This document shows positions 12,101 through 27,100 of a stretch of 64,000 bases of DNA, one piece after another. Source of the stretch: Botryllus schlosseri. Taxonomy: Eukaryota. The stretch covers positions 31,558,001 to 31,622,000 of the forward strand of contig CM119371.1 of NCBI GenBank assembly GCA_051294905.1, given 5' to 3'. Numbering within the stretch: the first letter of the stretch is position 1; each line of letters opens with the position of its first letter. A model generated the notes under the pieces. That model ran no database searches, was not told the DNA's origin, and worked only from the letters and a program-made list of their open reading frames with translations. The position numbers and the translations under genes are program-made.

Positions 12101-15100
12101 ATAATATATTTGGCTTACCGGCAGGAAACTTCCTACGGACCGGCACCAGTCCACGGACCGGCAGTTGAGAACCACTGCACTAGAGCACTGGTGCTCGAAA
12201 TGGACACTGCATCAACAGCGGTGTTATAAGAACAAAATCAGTAATAGATTATTTATAAAAAACAAAGATATAACAATGATTATATACGGCAGCGTGACTC
12301 TCTTCAGTATGAGTCGGGTGTTGTTTTCTTTTTCTTTTTATCTCGGACCAATGCCCTAATCTGACTCAACAAACCCATAGTGTTCGTTTGAATCCAGGTC
12401 AAGAACCTCTGAATTAGATGTAAACTGATAGATATTTATTGGTTTGATGTAGCTATAGCATTCAATTGAGGAGACTTCTAAAAGTGAATGTATGGTATTT
12501 TGCAGGGCAGCCCACCTGCTATCGCAGACGCTTCTTGCGTTCACCAATAGTCTAGTTCCATTTCCCAAACTAGCGCATCGAATTGATGGTAGATTTGAAT
12601 TTCCGGTTGAGCTCGTATCTGAGACAGTCCACATCGATGAAATTGGCAGATAAATCGATAATATCCGTGAAAGTCACTTACCCCAGATTACATTTTCGCA
12701 AAGTTTTGGCCGAGCTACCGAAGAGCAGAGGCACTCGTCAGTGAGATCATGGCAGTCAAATACCCCGTCACATAGCTTTGAAATAGGTAGAACGAGAGAT
12801 GGTTCGGTCAGGCATTGGAAACATGTCTTGTCCGTGAGATCTTGGATATAAAGGGTACTTTATAAAAACATCAATAATTATAAAAGTAACGTTTTCCTCA
12901 CATTTTCCATCCCCGGGACAGAGGCACTCGTCAATAGCTGCAAGGTAAATCATCAATTGCAATTAAAGCTTTCTTATTTAGATTGTATTACATCATATTG
13001 TAAATATGCTGTGCAAATGGCATTAACCCCGAGATATCGCCATGTCCATCTTGAAGATATCATGATTATCAAGTTCACAGTATAACTATAAATTAGTAGC
13101 ATCGGTAATGTGACATCGAAAACTGTAGATATTGTATGATGCAACATAGCACTCACCCTGGTCACACAGCGAAACGCCGTTGCATATATCAGGTTTAGAT
13201 ATCATGCACTGCCGCTCTTTTCGATGACATATTCTTCCAGTAAAATCAGTCCTCTCCGGCCGGCTTAATTCATCGCTTCCATCTCTAAAATTTAGGAAGT
13301 GCTGTGATCTCGAATCATGAGTTGACTCGTGTCGCTGCCCACAAATGACTTGGCTTGGCTTGGCTCGGACCTGGCGCTTGATTAACATTACCTGTCGATA
13401 GTAGCTCATACTAAAACTCTGGAGTTTTGAAGCCGCTGAATATTATACTTCGAAAAACATTCTGAACGTCTCGGCTGTGCTGAGAAGTGACATACCATAC
13501 CATCAATAGTAATCCTGAATATATTAACGTATTCTACGTGAATAGTTCGATGAATATAGGCATCGCAGTCACTGTAGCTTAGGTATGGACAGGGTTGTAA
13601 CCAAGTCACAAGGCTCCGAGTCACAAGTCAATTTCACTTTTATAATTTTGACTCGAGTCAAGTCGAGTCATTTTCAACTCACCACCGAGTCAAGTCCGAG
13701 TCCAAGTCATCGATTAGAGGGTCGAGTCCGAGTCATGGTATTATGACTCGAATCGAGTCCAAGTCAATACGTTGACTGCTCAGTTCCCAGCTAAAATCTT
13801 GTTAAACTCACTTTCTATAACTCTGTTTGGTGATTTTGAATTGTTCGCATTTATAATATAGTGATTTTCCTCACTTTTAGCAGGCTCTGATCGCATTCTC
13901 ACGTGCTAGTACCAATAAACGAAATCCCAATAAGGTGGTTACTTTACTATTCTTCCAAATTACGATAAAATATCGGTCTTGGCCGTCTGCGTCTCGAGTC
14001 AAATGACTTGGTTCGAGTCATGCGCAATGACTCGAGTCCAAGTCGAGTCAATACACAAATTGACTCGAGTTGAGTCGAGTCATTTCCGAATTTTGAGAAA
14101 ATGACTCGAGTCTAGTCGAGTCATCAGAAAATCGTGACTCGAGTCTGACTCGAGTCGAGTCATGACTCGAGTCATTACAACCCTGGGTATGGATACCATA
14201 AATTCCGCCATATTAGCCCTCACCATGGCCATTAAAGTATCATTACAGCCACGCCAAGTTGTGTGAAACTAGCAGCTATATATTTATCGCCAGCTCAATC
14301 ATGGTAGGTGCTGATTCCACTAACGCTTGCCATCACCTTCATATTTCAATCGAAATATTTTATCATTCTTCCGGTCAATTCATGTCATACATGTAAATCA
14401 ACAATTAGTTCATTTTCATAAACTTTGAGTGAAGTTCAGAATTTCCATCATTAATCGCTCGAAATAGATATGCATTGACCAATTGGTTTCCGCGCAATTA
14501 CAGACATAGCATACTTTCGACTCACAACTCATATCGAGTCATTGCACATTTGACTCGTGTCATATGATTTCATTAGATTTTGAGATGACTCGAGTCAAGT
14601 CAAGTCAAACCAAGCATAATTTCGCGGTGTGCGGCATGATTCAAGACATTGCCTTTGATAAGATGGTTCATGTACAAATGAAGTCACTGTTTAACCTGAA
14701 TAAAATATCGAATAGAGGGTTTTTAACATCTTTCGTATTAGCTCCAATAACTGAGAGTGATTACATTTAGTCAATCGAAATTGACTTGAAATTGCAATCC
14801 AATATTTGATAAGAATCATCTGAATTGGGAAATTTTGAATGAGCAGTATGTTTATGAATAAATGCATGAAACAATTTATGCACGGAACCAGCATAATTTA
14901 TATCTGCTAGAACACCTATCCACCATTTTGGGAACCACACTGTTCATTTTCTTCCTGTAAACAGTCCAATATTCAAGTGTAATTGCTAAGGAAGTTGAAA
15001 GATGGAAATAGAATTGCAGCTGTAAAATACGTCCTCTTGTTACTTTTCTTGTCACATGTTAGCAGCATGAAAGTTTTTTTTTTTTTGAATACTCATTCGA

Positions 15101-18100
15101 ATTCCAAACCAGATCCTGCAGTGTTGATTTTATCTGGCATTGGATATATGAAATAGAACAGCTGCGTGTTACGTACCCGCAATCTCTAATTCCATTACAG
15201 TACTGGTTTCCCGGAATACATTTCCTCCCATTGGCGCAGGAAAATTCGTTCGCTTTACACGATCTGCCTGTAAATTAAGAAGAACCACAATGTGAAAATG
15301 GAATGTTTTTTTTTATTCTGTAGGTTAAAATTGAAGACAGGTATTCGGCATCCCGTCCAAACGTCATCAATATAATTCTCTCTCTTTTATTTTAGTCACG
15401 GTGACAATCCTTTCCCGCCAGATGAATATAACACTCGCCGGACTAAAACTGACTTTGGCCCACACTTACACTTATCCGACGGAATTTGGCGAGCTCATAA
15501 AACATACTCGACATTATAAATTTATTTAGACAAAGTAGGATACCAAATAGGGTTGAATTTAAAACAAACGGTGTTTAAAACATGTCAGTGTTTTAAACAT
15601 GAGCCTCTAAAAAAATTGTGTTTTTTTAAGTTGTGAAATTATGCCATATTTGTGTGAATAATTTTCGAAAAACATGTTGCATGAGCTTATACGAAGAATT
15701 ACCACCCGATATAGCTGTCGCATATCGACATCGGATGGTTGGAACCCTCAATATAGTCGGTTCAACAACAATAGTACATACATTTCGTAGCTATATTTAT
15801 CCTAAATTTTCAATTGTGAATATCAATCACTATCACATCACAATGGAATATTTGTGACGTTTTGACGTAAAAAACAGCATGAAAAACAATAAAAAACATG
15901 TTTCAAACATGTTTGTTTTATATTTATTTTTACATGTCACCCTAAGACCAACCATCCTCACCGTCGCATAATTCTTCCATGTACGGAACAAGGTTGGCTG
16001 GTAACTCGCATATCCGATATCGATAGTCATAATCAGGAGTCTTTCTGCGACATAATATTTCATTGACATCGATTCTTCTCCATTTCTTCCACGGTTCATC
16101 AGTTTCATCACTAGAAAAATAGAATTGGAATGCTCGAGTCTAATATTGCTGGTATTGTGGTAACAGGTCACCATGGCTCTTAAACAGACCTGGGCAAAGT
16201 GCGGCCTGCGGGCGAAATGCAGCCCGGGAAGCTATTCTGTGCGGCCCGCAAAAGGTTGCTTGGAATTTAAAACATGAAACTTGCTTTTTGAATGACTAAA
16301 ATCATAGGCTGTATCAAATGAGCAGGAAAATCGTTTACTTTAAAGTCTGTTCAATAATATGCCACGATTACGCTGCCTATACGTATACCCGGCGTACGTA
16401 GTCCATATTCAATATAAAGGCAATGTGGAAAAGTATGAGTAGCAATTGAAGTCACGAGAAATCACTTTTCCATATATAGTTTAGTTCAAACCTTCCTTGT
16501 TGGCATTGTCACATTACGCATTATACGGTATGTGTTTCAACTTGTTACGTCATACGTTTCCAAATCCCTAACTCGTAAAACAAGTCAATCAGTTCTCGTG
16601 ATATCTATAAGACTATCATCAATGAAGAATTAACGGCAAGCAAATAAGAAAGCCGAAACTGAAATTCAAAGAAGGTCTGGGTTTACAATTTAAAGCACTG
16701 AATATTCGTATACTGGAGTCAGGAGTAAACCCGTCCTTTCGGTTTTTGCCGAGCATTAAGGATTAAGATTAAGGATTCTAATTAAAGTCGGTCTTACGTA
16801 CTCGGTCAAAGGAGGTCAAAGTTCTGAAAAAAATGCAAGCTTCGCACAACATAGGGGCTATTTAAGCTGCACACTGCTCGACGGGCAGTGACCAATAAAA
16901 CAACTTTTGTACTATTGTATATACATATCAGTGCAGTGACTGGGAGACGTGAAAGCATCAGAAGGATGCCACGAAGCCGAAGTGTATTGAAAAATTTATC
17001 GGCCTTCGCGCGATATACCCCCAGCTTATAGTTGTTGCTCTGTTTATGGTCCGACTTGGATATTTCAGAATTCTCTCATCAACAGCCATAATCTTCTAAG
17101 TCATCTAATTACCCGTGGGGAATGCTAGCATTCTGGTTGCAATTTTTATTATTTTGAGATATGATGATACGGAGGCACGAAATTGTTCACTATCACAAAG
17201 GAAGACGTGCCTAAAAAGTTTGAGGACGACTGTTTTATAGTCTTAATAGAAGAACGTCTATAGGGGTTTAAAGAAAGTTAAAATGTATCATGTTTACCAT
17301 TGTTTCCAATCATGAAGGCAAATAGATGTATTTTTAATTAACCGTCACTTTCTCATTATCTAATATCAACACATTCACTGAGAAGCATTTATTAACAATG
17401 CATTTTAGAAATAAAATTAAAATACGCTGTAGAATATAGCCAACATTTTTCACTCGGCCCGCCAACCCATTCAGTATTTTTTTGCCCCGCGGAGGAAAAC
17501 AATTACCCACCCCTGCTCTTAACCATTAGTAATCCGTAGAACACTTACGTTAATCAGCAAGCCTTCTCGGAACCCCGAAAATCTATACATTACTACTATA
17601 GATTGCTGTTGCGAAAAATGAGCAATACACAGCAACAGAGTGTTTTAAGGGGCACTGCGCCCTATAAATGACGTGGTCTCAAATTGAAGCACAAATCGAA
17701 ATCAAATTTTGGCCGCAGCCATTTGCTTCCGAAATCCACCGTAATGGAATTAAATGCAATTAAATGAATTTTGGATAAACCCCAACTGACGCGGCTGCGC
17801 GTCATCGTTTCTTAACCCGTTGCGAAATTTCTGGTGCGATATCTTCACCGCCGAACTTGCTCGACGAGAGTTTTCTCAGCATGAATGCACGCGATTTTCG
17901 CACTTAATGATATGACATAAATATATATGTAAATCCGTAGTAGATTACGGCAACTGCAATATTATGCGAATCGGACTAGTGATGATTAGGGCAAGTTTTT
18001 GTTGCAGTCAAATCTGTGGAAAGTTGCATTTATTTTTCGCAAAAGTTGCAGTTAAAAGTTGCATATATTGACAATAGTAGCAGAAAAAAGTTGTATTTAT

Positions 18101-21100
18101 GGACAAATTTCCTTGAAATCATTAGAGTATGAGATACTCGAATCGATCCGGATCCAAGGCACTGTAGCAAACTTCGGTGTTGGCGACTTCAACAAAGTCA
18201 ATAGGCTGAAACAATTGACCCAGTGAACATATAATTTTCGTCGGTCTAGCCTGAATGTACGTCATATCAGAAAGGACCTCAAATTTAAAGGACGATGAAA
18301 TAATCAAGCAATCTATTTCGATATAGTGCCAAGTATTTCCAGTAAAAAGTTGATCAAAATCGAAGAAAAAGATGCATGAAAAATCTGATGCATGGAAAAA
18401 ATGGAGAGTAATTGAAAAAGCTGCAATATAATATTCTCCCAAACAGCTTAAAACACCCTACTACATACCTTCCGAGTATTTAGGGAGCTGCCGGAAGCAG
18501 TACAAAAATGTTGCAAAAGTTGCGAAAACTTGGCCCTAGTGATGATAGTAGAAGTGAGTGTATGTGTGATTCAAATTTGGTTTAATACGCTATGGGGGTT
18601 CCGAGACCAGTGTGTGTTATTTCTGTGACAATTCTGTTTCGGCTACGCAATTTATCACTATCAAATGATATATCGTACTCGCAGTCATGGCCACCGTCAC
18701 AATAGTCGTCCTTTCGTACACATCTTGACCCGGCGTCGCATGAGAATTCGTACCACAGACACGCTGAACCTAAAGAAAATATGCAACTAGTGATTTCATG
18801 AATTAAAATAATCTAAAATTTAACTTTCGGTTACAGTCGCACCTTCATGACATATGCGCGACGGAATTATTTAAAGTTCATAAAGTATGAGAGAGCGAGT
18901 GAACGAGATAGAAATTTACTGAGTGAAAGAGATTGTTTTGTTAATCGTCGATGCCGCTTATTCTGCATGGTGCGTACTGGGAGATCTTGGTACGGATTCA
19001 ACAGATTCGGATAGGTATGCAATATTCTTAGGAACCGTCATTAACCTTGGCTTGCAGCCGTCAAAGTGAATGAGTTAAAGAACATTTGTTGGTTAATTAC
19101 ATGCTACGATATGCGCAGGTTCTTTTAGATTGCAACCATAATAATATTCGTTTGGCGTGTGGCATTTGTAGTATTATCAAATCAGACAGCTGCAAACCCA
19201 TATTATAGACATCTTTGGCATGTATATATTTGGTACAGAGAAAGCATTTTGCCGTCATGGTTTGTCATTTAACTCAATGGTAAGAATGTCGATTATTGTT
19301 TAGATTGCGTACCAACTAAAATACACAGTGGCATCAACACTACACAGAATAAGATATCTTGGCAGAAGTTTGTATATGTTCTACGTCTTTTACATATTTG
19401 TCATATATGATTCGTAACTCTTATGCATAAGTCTTATTCTTGTTTTACAATATTTTCATAATATTACTGTCACTGCTGTAATCTGCAGCGTATAGTACAA
19501 AGTGATTATCTATCATTAGTGATTTGTCCTTTATATATGTTGATTGGGCGTCGCCTCTTACTTTAGTTAGTTTGCTGTATGTACATTGTCAGTTACGCTG
19601 TGTTATGTGTGGTCGCTAGTCACTAACATATGTTTTCATCGCACAGGCTTGTCTCAATCTATCTCTAACCGCAGGCGACCACTATTTTAAATCCTAATTT
19701 CACAACCCAGTTTCATTTGCTGTATTTTTACATTTCTTTGTTACATCGTTTCTCGCAACACATATGATCTCTACCTTCATCAACTGATCATCACTTGTCT
19801 CAATCGGTCGTGAAATTTGAGTCAGTTCCAAATGTTGTGTCAATAACTGTCCTATAGCAAAGAGCAGTTACAACTACATATCTAATATGCATTGTCGAAA
19901 TCAGTGGTTCTCAACCGGGGGTCGGCGAAGCATTTTCAGGGGGTCTGCGAGACCTCTAAATTTGATAAATGATCGATAACCTAACTTAATTTTTCTAAAT
20001 CGGGGAAATCACGAGGAAGCTGTGCTTCATAACTGCTGAAACTTCCGGATTTACGCCAACAGAATTTTTACTTGATATGAAATATCCCACTGCACATATG
20101 CGTGTTTTAATTTTCAATTTGCCAATAGGCAATAGGCATATTGCCGTTTAGAAATGTTTTAATAGGGCTTTTGCAACGGGTAAATTTTTAAAGTGAGGTC
20201 CGTAATCATATTGACTTGGAAATGTTTGCAAAACATTTAGGATTTCAGGTTGTCAGTCTCAGCAAATTAGTGAAGAGTCGTTTAAAAATGACATCTCGTC
20301 ACGAAATACATTTTGTCGCTTGGTGCCATATATGCTCGCATACCGAAAGGTGTCGTCGGAAGCGTGACGCGTAATTATATTACATCCGCTAACTCATCTT
20401 TTTATCAAATCGAGGTCACGGATTTTCAAGACAACACCACGTATTTCAAGAAATGCAGCTGCAGACTTATTGCTCTGAAATGATAAAAGTGTACCTAATT
20501 TCTACATCTATCTCAATTATATAGTATAGTGTTGTTTTCAGGACAAATCATTTTGTTGGTGTTTATCACTATAGCCTACAGTTAATATTTCCACAAGATG
20601 ACTGTTGCATGATCATTGAGATAAATTTGTATTAAAACTAGAGGGGGGCCGCGGAGTCCGTGACGGCCCAAAAGGGGTCCGCGAAGACAAAAAGGAAGAG
20701 AACCACTGGTATAAATCATATAAACATACAGTTATATTACATCCTCATATATTCCACTGCTGCCATTACCTTCGCAAGATTCGTAAAGATTTACCGGCGT
20801 TCCTTCAGCCAACACACAAACGCGCGAATCTCTCCAATTCACCTTACGACAGAAGCTGACATTGGCACTGTACTCCACATTGCCGTTGAAATATCGCTCA
20901 TCCGAACGGTCACTGTACAAAAATTCCACTTTTTACTTGGCCCATGTACTATATAAATCAAACTAAAAATTTGGAGTGAACGCAAGGTTGGATATGGCTA
21001 CAGCATTAGCAAATGATAGAGGTAGGCCTATTCCAAGAGGTCCGAATGTACGTACGGACAGTCAGGGTCCGAGTCACAAAAATAACGATTCGGAAGGCAC

Positions 21101-24100
21101 GCCGTCCCATCGATACAAGGAAATTCATCATGTTGACAAGTTGATCCTGGAAACATGAATAGGTTGTAGTAATCATGTAATGGGTTGGATAGGAACCTCT
21201 ACCAAATCCATTAAAATTCTCAGAAATGGTTTGACTGCGGGAGAGACTTGACATATTGCTATCAGTTATGCTCAGTTGTTGATGAAGTCTTCAATAAATA
21301 TCGCACCAGGTTGAACTATTCTTCCAGATTATGTTTTATTGCAGTAATTAGAATATTACAGCGATTTTGCTTTTTAATCAAAAAAATACACCTTCACATG
21401 TTAGGACATTGCCTGATTACAACCTATAGGCTTACAGTGCCCGGTTTTAATGCATAGGCATCACTTAACGACTGAGATTGTTGTATAAACTCATCTATGG
21501 GACCAGTGTATCACCAAAACAAAATGTAATTTTGAGAGTCGCACCTATTTGAAGTACCATTAGTTTATATTTGATATACCATTAAATTTGCATCTTGAAA
21601 TAATTCTAGATAGAAGATCTGCTCAAAACACACATTGTAGAATGCAATGTACGGCATTGTTCCATCACATTTATTAATTTGTGTGCTGGGTATCAAAACT
21701 GATTGGTTTGATTACCTCATTTTGCTTTACATGCTGGAAGTGAAAATCGGGTACTCAGGTTATTGGCAATCTCTGACACAAACTTTAGCTTTTACGAAAT
21801 TCCAGTTGGTGCAATCCACCGAAATAATCATATTCGTGCGAGGATATTTCTAAAAGGTCTGTAGAACGTTGTCAATTCGTATACCACCTATTGGGGTGTT
21901 AATACCAACCATTTTCACTAATAATGCAAGCGATGTATCAACTGATAACATAAAGGAAGTAAGAATCCGGCACCCATACCCGCACAAATCTTGTCTGCAT
22001 ACGGTACGTGGTTCGGTGGCAGCACGCAAACAACAGTATATAGACTAAATCTAGGACGTTCGTGACTCCGACAGAAAGTGACATCAAGGCCATAACTTTC
22101 GGAGCTATTCCTCTCTGAAGGCTCATCAGATCCATCCCTATAAGAAACTGCACTGATGTTTTAAGCTCATTACTCAGGTTACTCCAGTTTCTATAATATA
22201 GGAATATGTGAGGGTCGGTTACCTGTGAATCATTTCGGATTAAAGATTTGAAAATGAATTTGCAATTGTACAATGTACAGGTGTCATGGAAGGCTTGAGT
22301 GGTTTTCTAACTATGCGCGGGCGCGAAATATTATAAGAGCGGGGGAACCATTTAAAGGCTAATGACGCATTCTGAAACTATAAGCTCAGCTTCAAAGTGT
22401 TCCACAAAGGCAATGATAATAATGAATATTTATTTTGATATTTTTGCGCCGTACCGTCTACATCAGTGCTTTTCAACCTGTGTGACGGTTCCCACTCTTG
22501 CGAATGAAAAAAATTGCTGTGCGAATGACGAAGGTGGTGCGAATGGTTAGAATGAAAATCCGGATCAAGTGCGAATGAAAATCGTGATTAATGGTTAATT
22601 TTTCTGACGTGGAATAATTCAAATAAGCATAATAAGAAAGTTAGGGCCAGTGTAACTTTTTCAGTTGCGACGCTATTGTAAAAACTTAACACGACGCACC
22701 ATTGATCGTAGCTCTCACAAGCTGTAGTGAATTATTATTTTCGAACTATAATTATTACGTAACCAAAAGCCTGGTTTGGAAGCTGGTGTAGTGGCAGACA
22801 TGCAGTATATCAGCCTGTCTGAGCTTGCGACAGGCTGGAAAAATGACGTCAAATTGACTTTCTGCTTTCTTTCGCTGAACTATCATCATACTTTCGTAGA
22901 AAATGTTCGATTAGCGCGAGACACAAGGATAGTAGTAAATACCATCATTACAGACCCACATTTGCAAGTTATTGTAATGCAAATTTTTACCCCGTCAACG
23001 ATTATTAAGTATGGACCGCAAAGGGACCGATTTTGAGTCGACACGGTGCCAGAGCTATCTGTTAATATGTATGTAATGTCTATTGAATTTATTGCAAAAA
23101 ATCCTGAGATAGTTTTTACATATCCAAGCTCACTGTTTCGGGCACTGTAGCCAATAAGCGAGACACGCAGAAAATGTGACTTTATCATCAGAATTCATAA
23201 TAAGATTTGCGCTACAGTTTTTATTTTCTGGAAAGCGCGGCCTAAGACGGTTGGGATGAACTAATGTAGGGGTGCGCAACGAGCGAATTCAGGCCCATGA
23301 GACTCATTCATTTCGAGGTCAACTCCTTCTGCTTCGGGGCACATGAAGACGTAAAGTTTGGGCAAACATACATCTGATAAAATGCAGTGCCAAAAACTTA
23401 AGCGGCGACAAAACCTTGGTCTAAAAATGACCGATGCTGGATGGCCAACCCTTTCGAGATGGATTGTATATGCGCCGTTGTCGGCACGGAATAGTCCCGT
23501 TCTTGCAATCTGAGTAGACAGTAGTACAACTGCGATATACGCTGAGGAATTTAATTCACCCTGATTTGAAATCGCGTGCGTCAGACATGTTTTGTAGAGC
23601 CATGTTTGGTAGAATTGTGGTGTGCGCGTTCTGTATGTCATACATGCTCGTAAAATCGTAGGATGCAACTATGTAATATCAAAAATGAATTACTTTTCAT
23701 GGGTGAGGCTCGGGTCGCAAGATGCCACAAAAACTCTGATTTTGGTTGTAGTGTGAAAGCTGCTTCACCGGTAATAAACTGTTATGAATTCTCAAGTTAG
23801 ATTGAGCTAAAGAGTAGAGCACACAGTAATGTGAGTTCATTTGCTCTTCTCATGAACTCGCGAGACAGAAGTTAGAGCAACGTATCATAAGGTAGCGAGC
23901 TCTAATTTGCCTACTCTTCTTGATCGCTTTGCACCTTATGTTCCAACACATAAGGCAAAGGCATAAACACAAACATGTGGGTTTTTCATCAAACCGGAGC
24001 GTCCGGTACCTTTGTGTCAGCTCGCAAAAATGATTTCTGCCAGCAAGCATTTTTCACCCGCGAAAAATACGCTGCAGTTTGGATAGAAGTGCAGAACATA

Positions 24101-27100
24101 TTTTAAAACCTGGCCATCCAAGCACTATAGTAGACGCTATTGTAGAAATTCCCAACAACATTCTTTGGCCTAGGAGGTTTTAGTGAAATAATTAAAAGCA
24201 AAACGAGCGAAAAGGTTGCCTTCTTAATGAGACAATTGATCGCTTAAGCTGCTTAGTAGCCAATTTTCTTGCACATCTGAACAAAATGTTGTTAAGTAGC
24301 TTCATCTTCTTTCGTATAACAATTTCGATTAGTTTGTGCGAATGAAATTTATTTTACAACAAAAGTGAGAATGACGCACAAAAAGGTTGAAAAGCACTGG
24401 TCTACATCATGGGTTCTTGAACGGGTGTTCACGGACGCATGAGGGTTCACGAACTAGTTTTGGGGAGTCCGCGAAAGGGCGATGTGGAAATACATTATCA
24501 GGGAACTGTACAAATCAGATAATTCGCAGTGACTTCGCCGTTATTGGGACTTTCATAGTCACAAAATGGCCTCGTGGCCAAACGTTCGCAAGTGTTTAGT
24601 CAGATTACAATATTATATCATGAATTTCTTATTCACGTCAAGGATAGCCTTCTTACAACCTCTACAAATGCATATCACAGCGCCATGAACGTTTGCCCAC
24701 ACAATAACTCATATGATGGAAATAATAGCATGAGTGACATCGGAAAACATGCTCAGTGCACACTGGTATTCATGTCATATCAAATCGTATACATCTACAC
24801 CAGGGCCGGCCAACCTGTGGCCCGCGGGCCACATCTGGCCCGCAAGAAGGTTTTGAGTGGCCCGCGAGGTAATTTCCGAAATTTCTAATATTATCTAAAT
24901 GGATTGCATTGATTGCGAACTTGCAAGGTCAACCAAAAATTCGATTAGTCTGGCTGCAACACTTGAGATGTAATGACTAAAATATCAGTTCCGAAGCATT
25001 GACAGATCCATCAGCTATTCACATATTGGTATATCTTCGTACACTACAATAAAGCAGAATAATTTGCGATGAATTTATCAAAGTTAAGAATTTTCTACAA
25101 GCTTAGCGCAATATGTTGTCACTCGATTTCTTGTTTTTAATATTGTTGCCCATTTGCGAAAATGGAAGAACACCTATGTATCATATTGAGTCTAACTATA
25201 TTCGCTATTACGAGACAAAGTGTCGTTCAACATATGCGACCGTGCATTTGCGCTCGCAGTAAGACTGTCGACTATGAAACCTAGGCACGATATGATTGAC
25301 GCATGTTGGTCGCAGCTTTCGATATCGATATGTTCATGCGCCGAATAGCCCAGTCCTCGCAAACTTAGCCCAGCGATATAGAGCAGGTCCGCAATATAGT
25401 CAAGTGACAATATTATTGGCCTATGAACTTCAAAAAATTTTCGCGCCTAGCGCGGATAGTGGCCCGCTCAAAAGTTCGTCAATCGAATGTGGCCCTTTGG
25501 CTAAAAAGGTTGGCCAGCCCTGATCTACACCATGCAGGAAATTGTATACGCACATACACTCGGCTTGTCTATTGCAATAAACGTGTCCCGAAACGCACTG
25601 GGTGCCATCATCACAAGGGAATTCGCTGGTTGAGCATGATGAACCTAGAATGGAAATATGTTGGTTGCACCGTATCTTTAGCAAATCGGTGCCAAATCGA
25701 TTCCAGGACATTGCACTATATAAGTATATGTCAAAATGTACATTTCGAAGCAGTAATATCTGTAGCGTTGCATTTAAAACAAATGGTTGTTTAAAACGCT
25801 TTGTTTAGAACATGTTTTAAATAGTGTTTTAAACAAAGGCTTTTTAAAACAAACGTGTTTTTTTAAGTTGTGCCATATGCCATAATGCCATTATGCCATA
25901 ATTGTGTAAATACGTTCCAAAACAAATGTTGCATGAGCCTACGGACTATTACCGCTCGATATAGCCGACGTACACGTCATGGGATGATTGGAACCCTCGA
26001 AATAGTCGATTCATCATTACGTAGATGTTTCGTCAAAGAGCTATATTTACCGTGCATTTTCAATTGTCAATGCAAATCCACTATGGCATCACAATTGAAT
26101 ATTCGTGACGTCATGGCTTAAAAAAAGGTTTTAAACACGGGCCTTGTTTAAAACTTGTTTGTGTTGATTTAAATGCAACCCTAATCGTATGGCAGTTGTT
26201 TTCGGTGGCACCCGAAGGACAGTCAAACAAAGTCATTACATGTAGCCTATGGAATAAGAACCTTTACATTTAAAAACTTGCACGGATTCTTATCCTGACA
26301 TTCATTCTAATCGTCGATATCCCGGAATACGACGAGAAAATGCTAGAAGCAGCCTCTATCAAGTTTCGCTCGTTAGTAGGAGAGGCAGGTGAATTTTGTC
26401 GAGAGAAGGAATCTGTCAGGCAGTGTTGGGATCAAGTCACTGCCGTCATGAGGCGCGTCATTTCGAGTCACCGCAAATTTTGGGTCGAGTCGCGGGAGTC
26501 CTGAAATTTTTGCGGGTTTCTCATACTTTTCGATTGCAAGTCAATTTCAATTCATCATCCATTTTTAGAATGTGTCTTTTGATTTAATGTGTGGGTGCAG
26601 GATTTGTTTTCATTTCCCCTAACTTGTAAAATTTGTTCTATACAACTTCTATATTATTAGTAATACGGGGTATTTATGTAAGTGGCGAAGAATATCACAA
26701 GTGGGTACACTTCATGTTAAATATTTTGGGATTATAACTAAATGTAGGAGACGTGTTCGACGGGAATGCTCGTTGCAAGCTGTAAGAAGAACTGAATTCA
26801 TAAATGTAGACGAGAACTATTGTTTGAGCGTATGGAGAAATTTATGAACCCTTCATTTCATTGAAATGGTCAAGATAGGAAAAACAAAGTTGATTTGTTA
26901 TTATAACATACCGTTATATTCATCAATTGTCAACTGATTATTGAATGCTTGTGAATTTGCGACGACATACATTCAGTCATGCCTGCCAAGTCTATGCTGG
27001 CCGTCGCTGGGAATTCTAAATTAGCGAACGATTTCCTAAACAGTCGGCAAAGTGCATCTTTATTTAAATCTTCCGCCAATTTTTTGATACTACAAAACAC

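Noticed and set aside
13590-14185. CRISPR-like array of GACTCGAGTC repeats
   Set aside because: Irregular subterminal repeats inside a TIR/TSD-bounded eukaryotic MITE; no constant repeat-spacer period and no cas genes.
18122-18442. 106-aa ORF as an extra exon
   Set aside because: Entirely within the TSD-flanked MITE 17987-18538; no module motif; the chain A10-B10 is complete without it.
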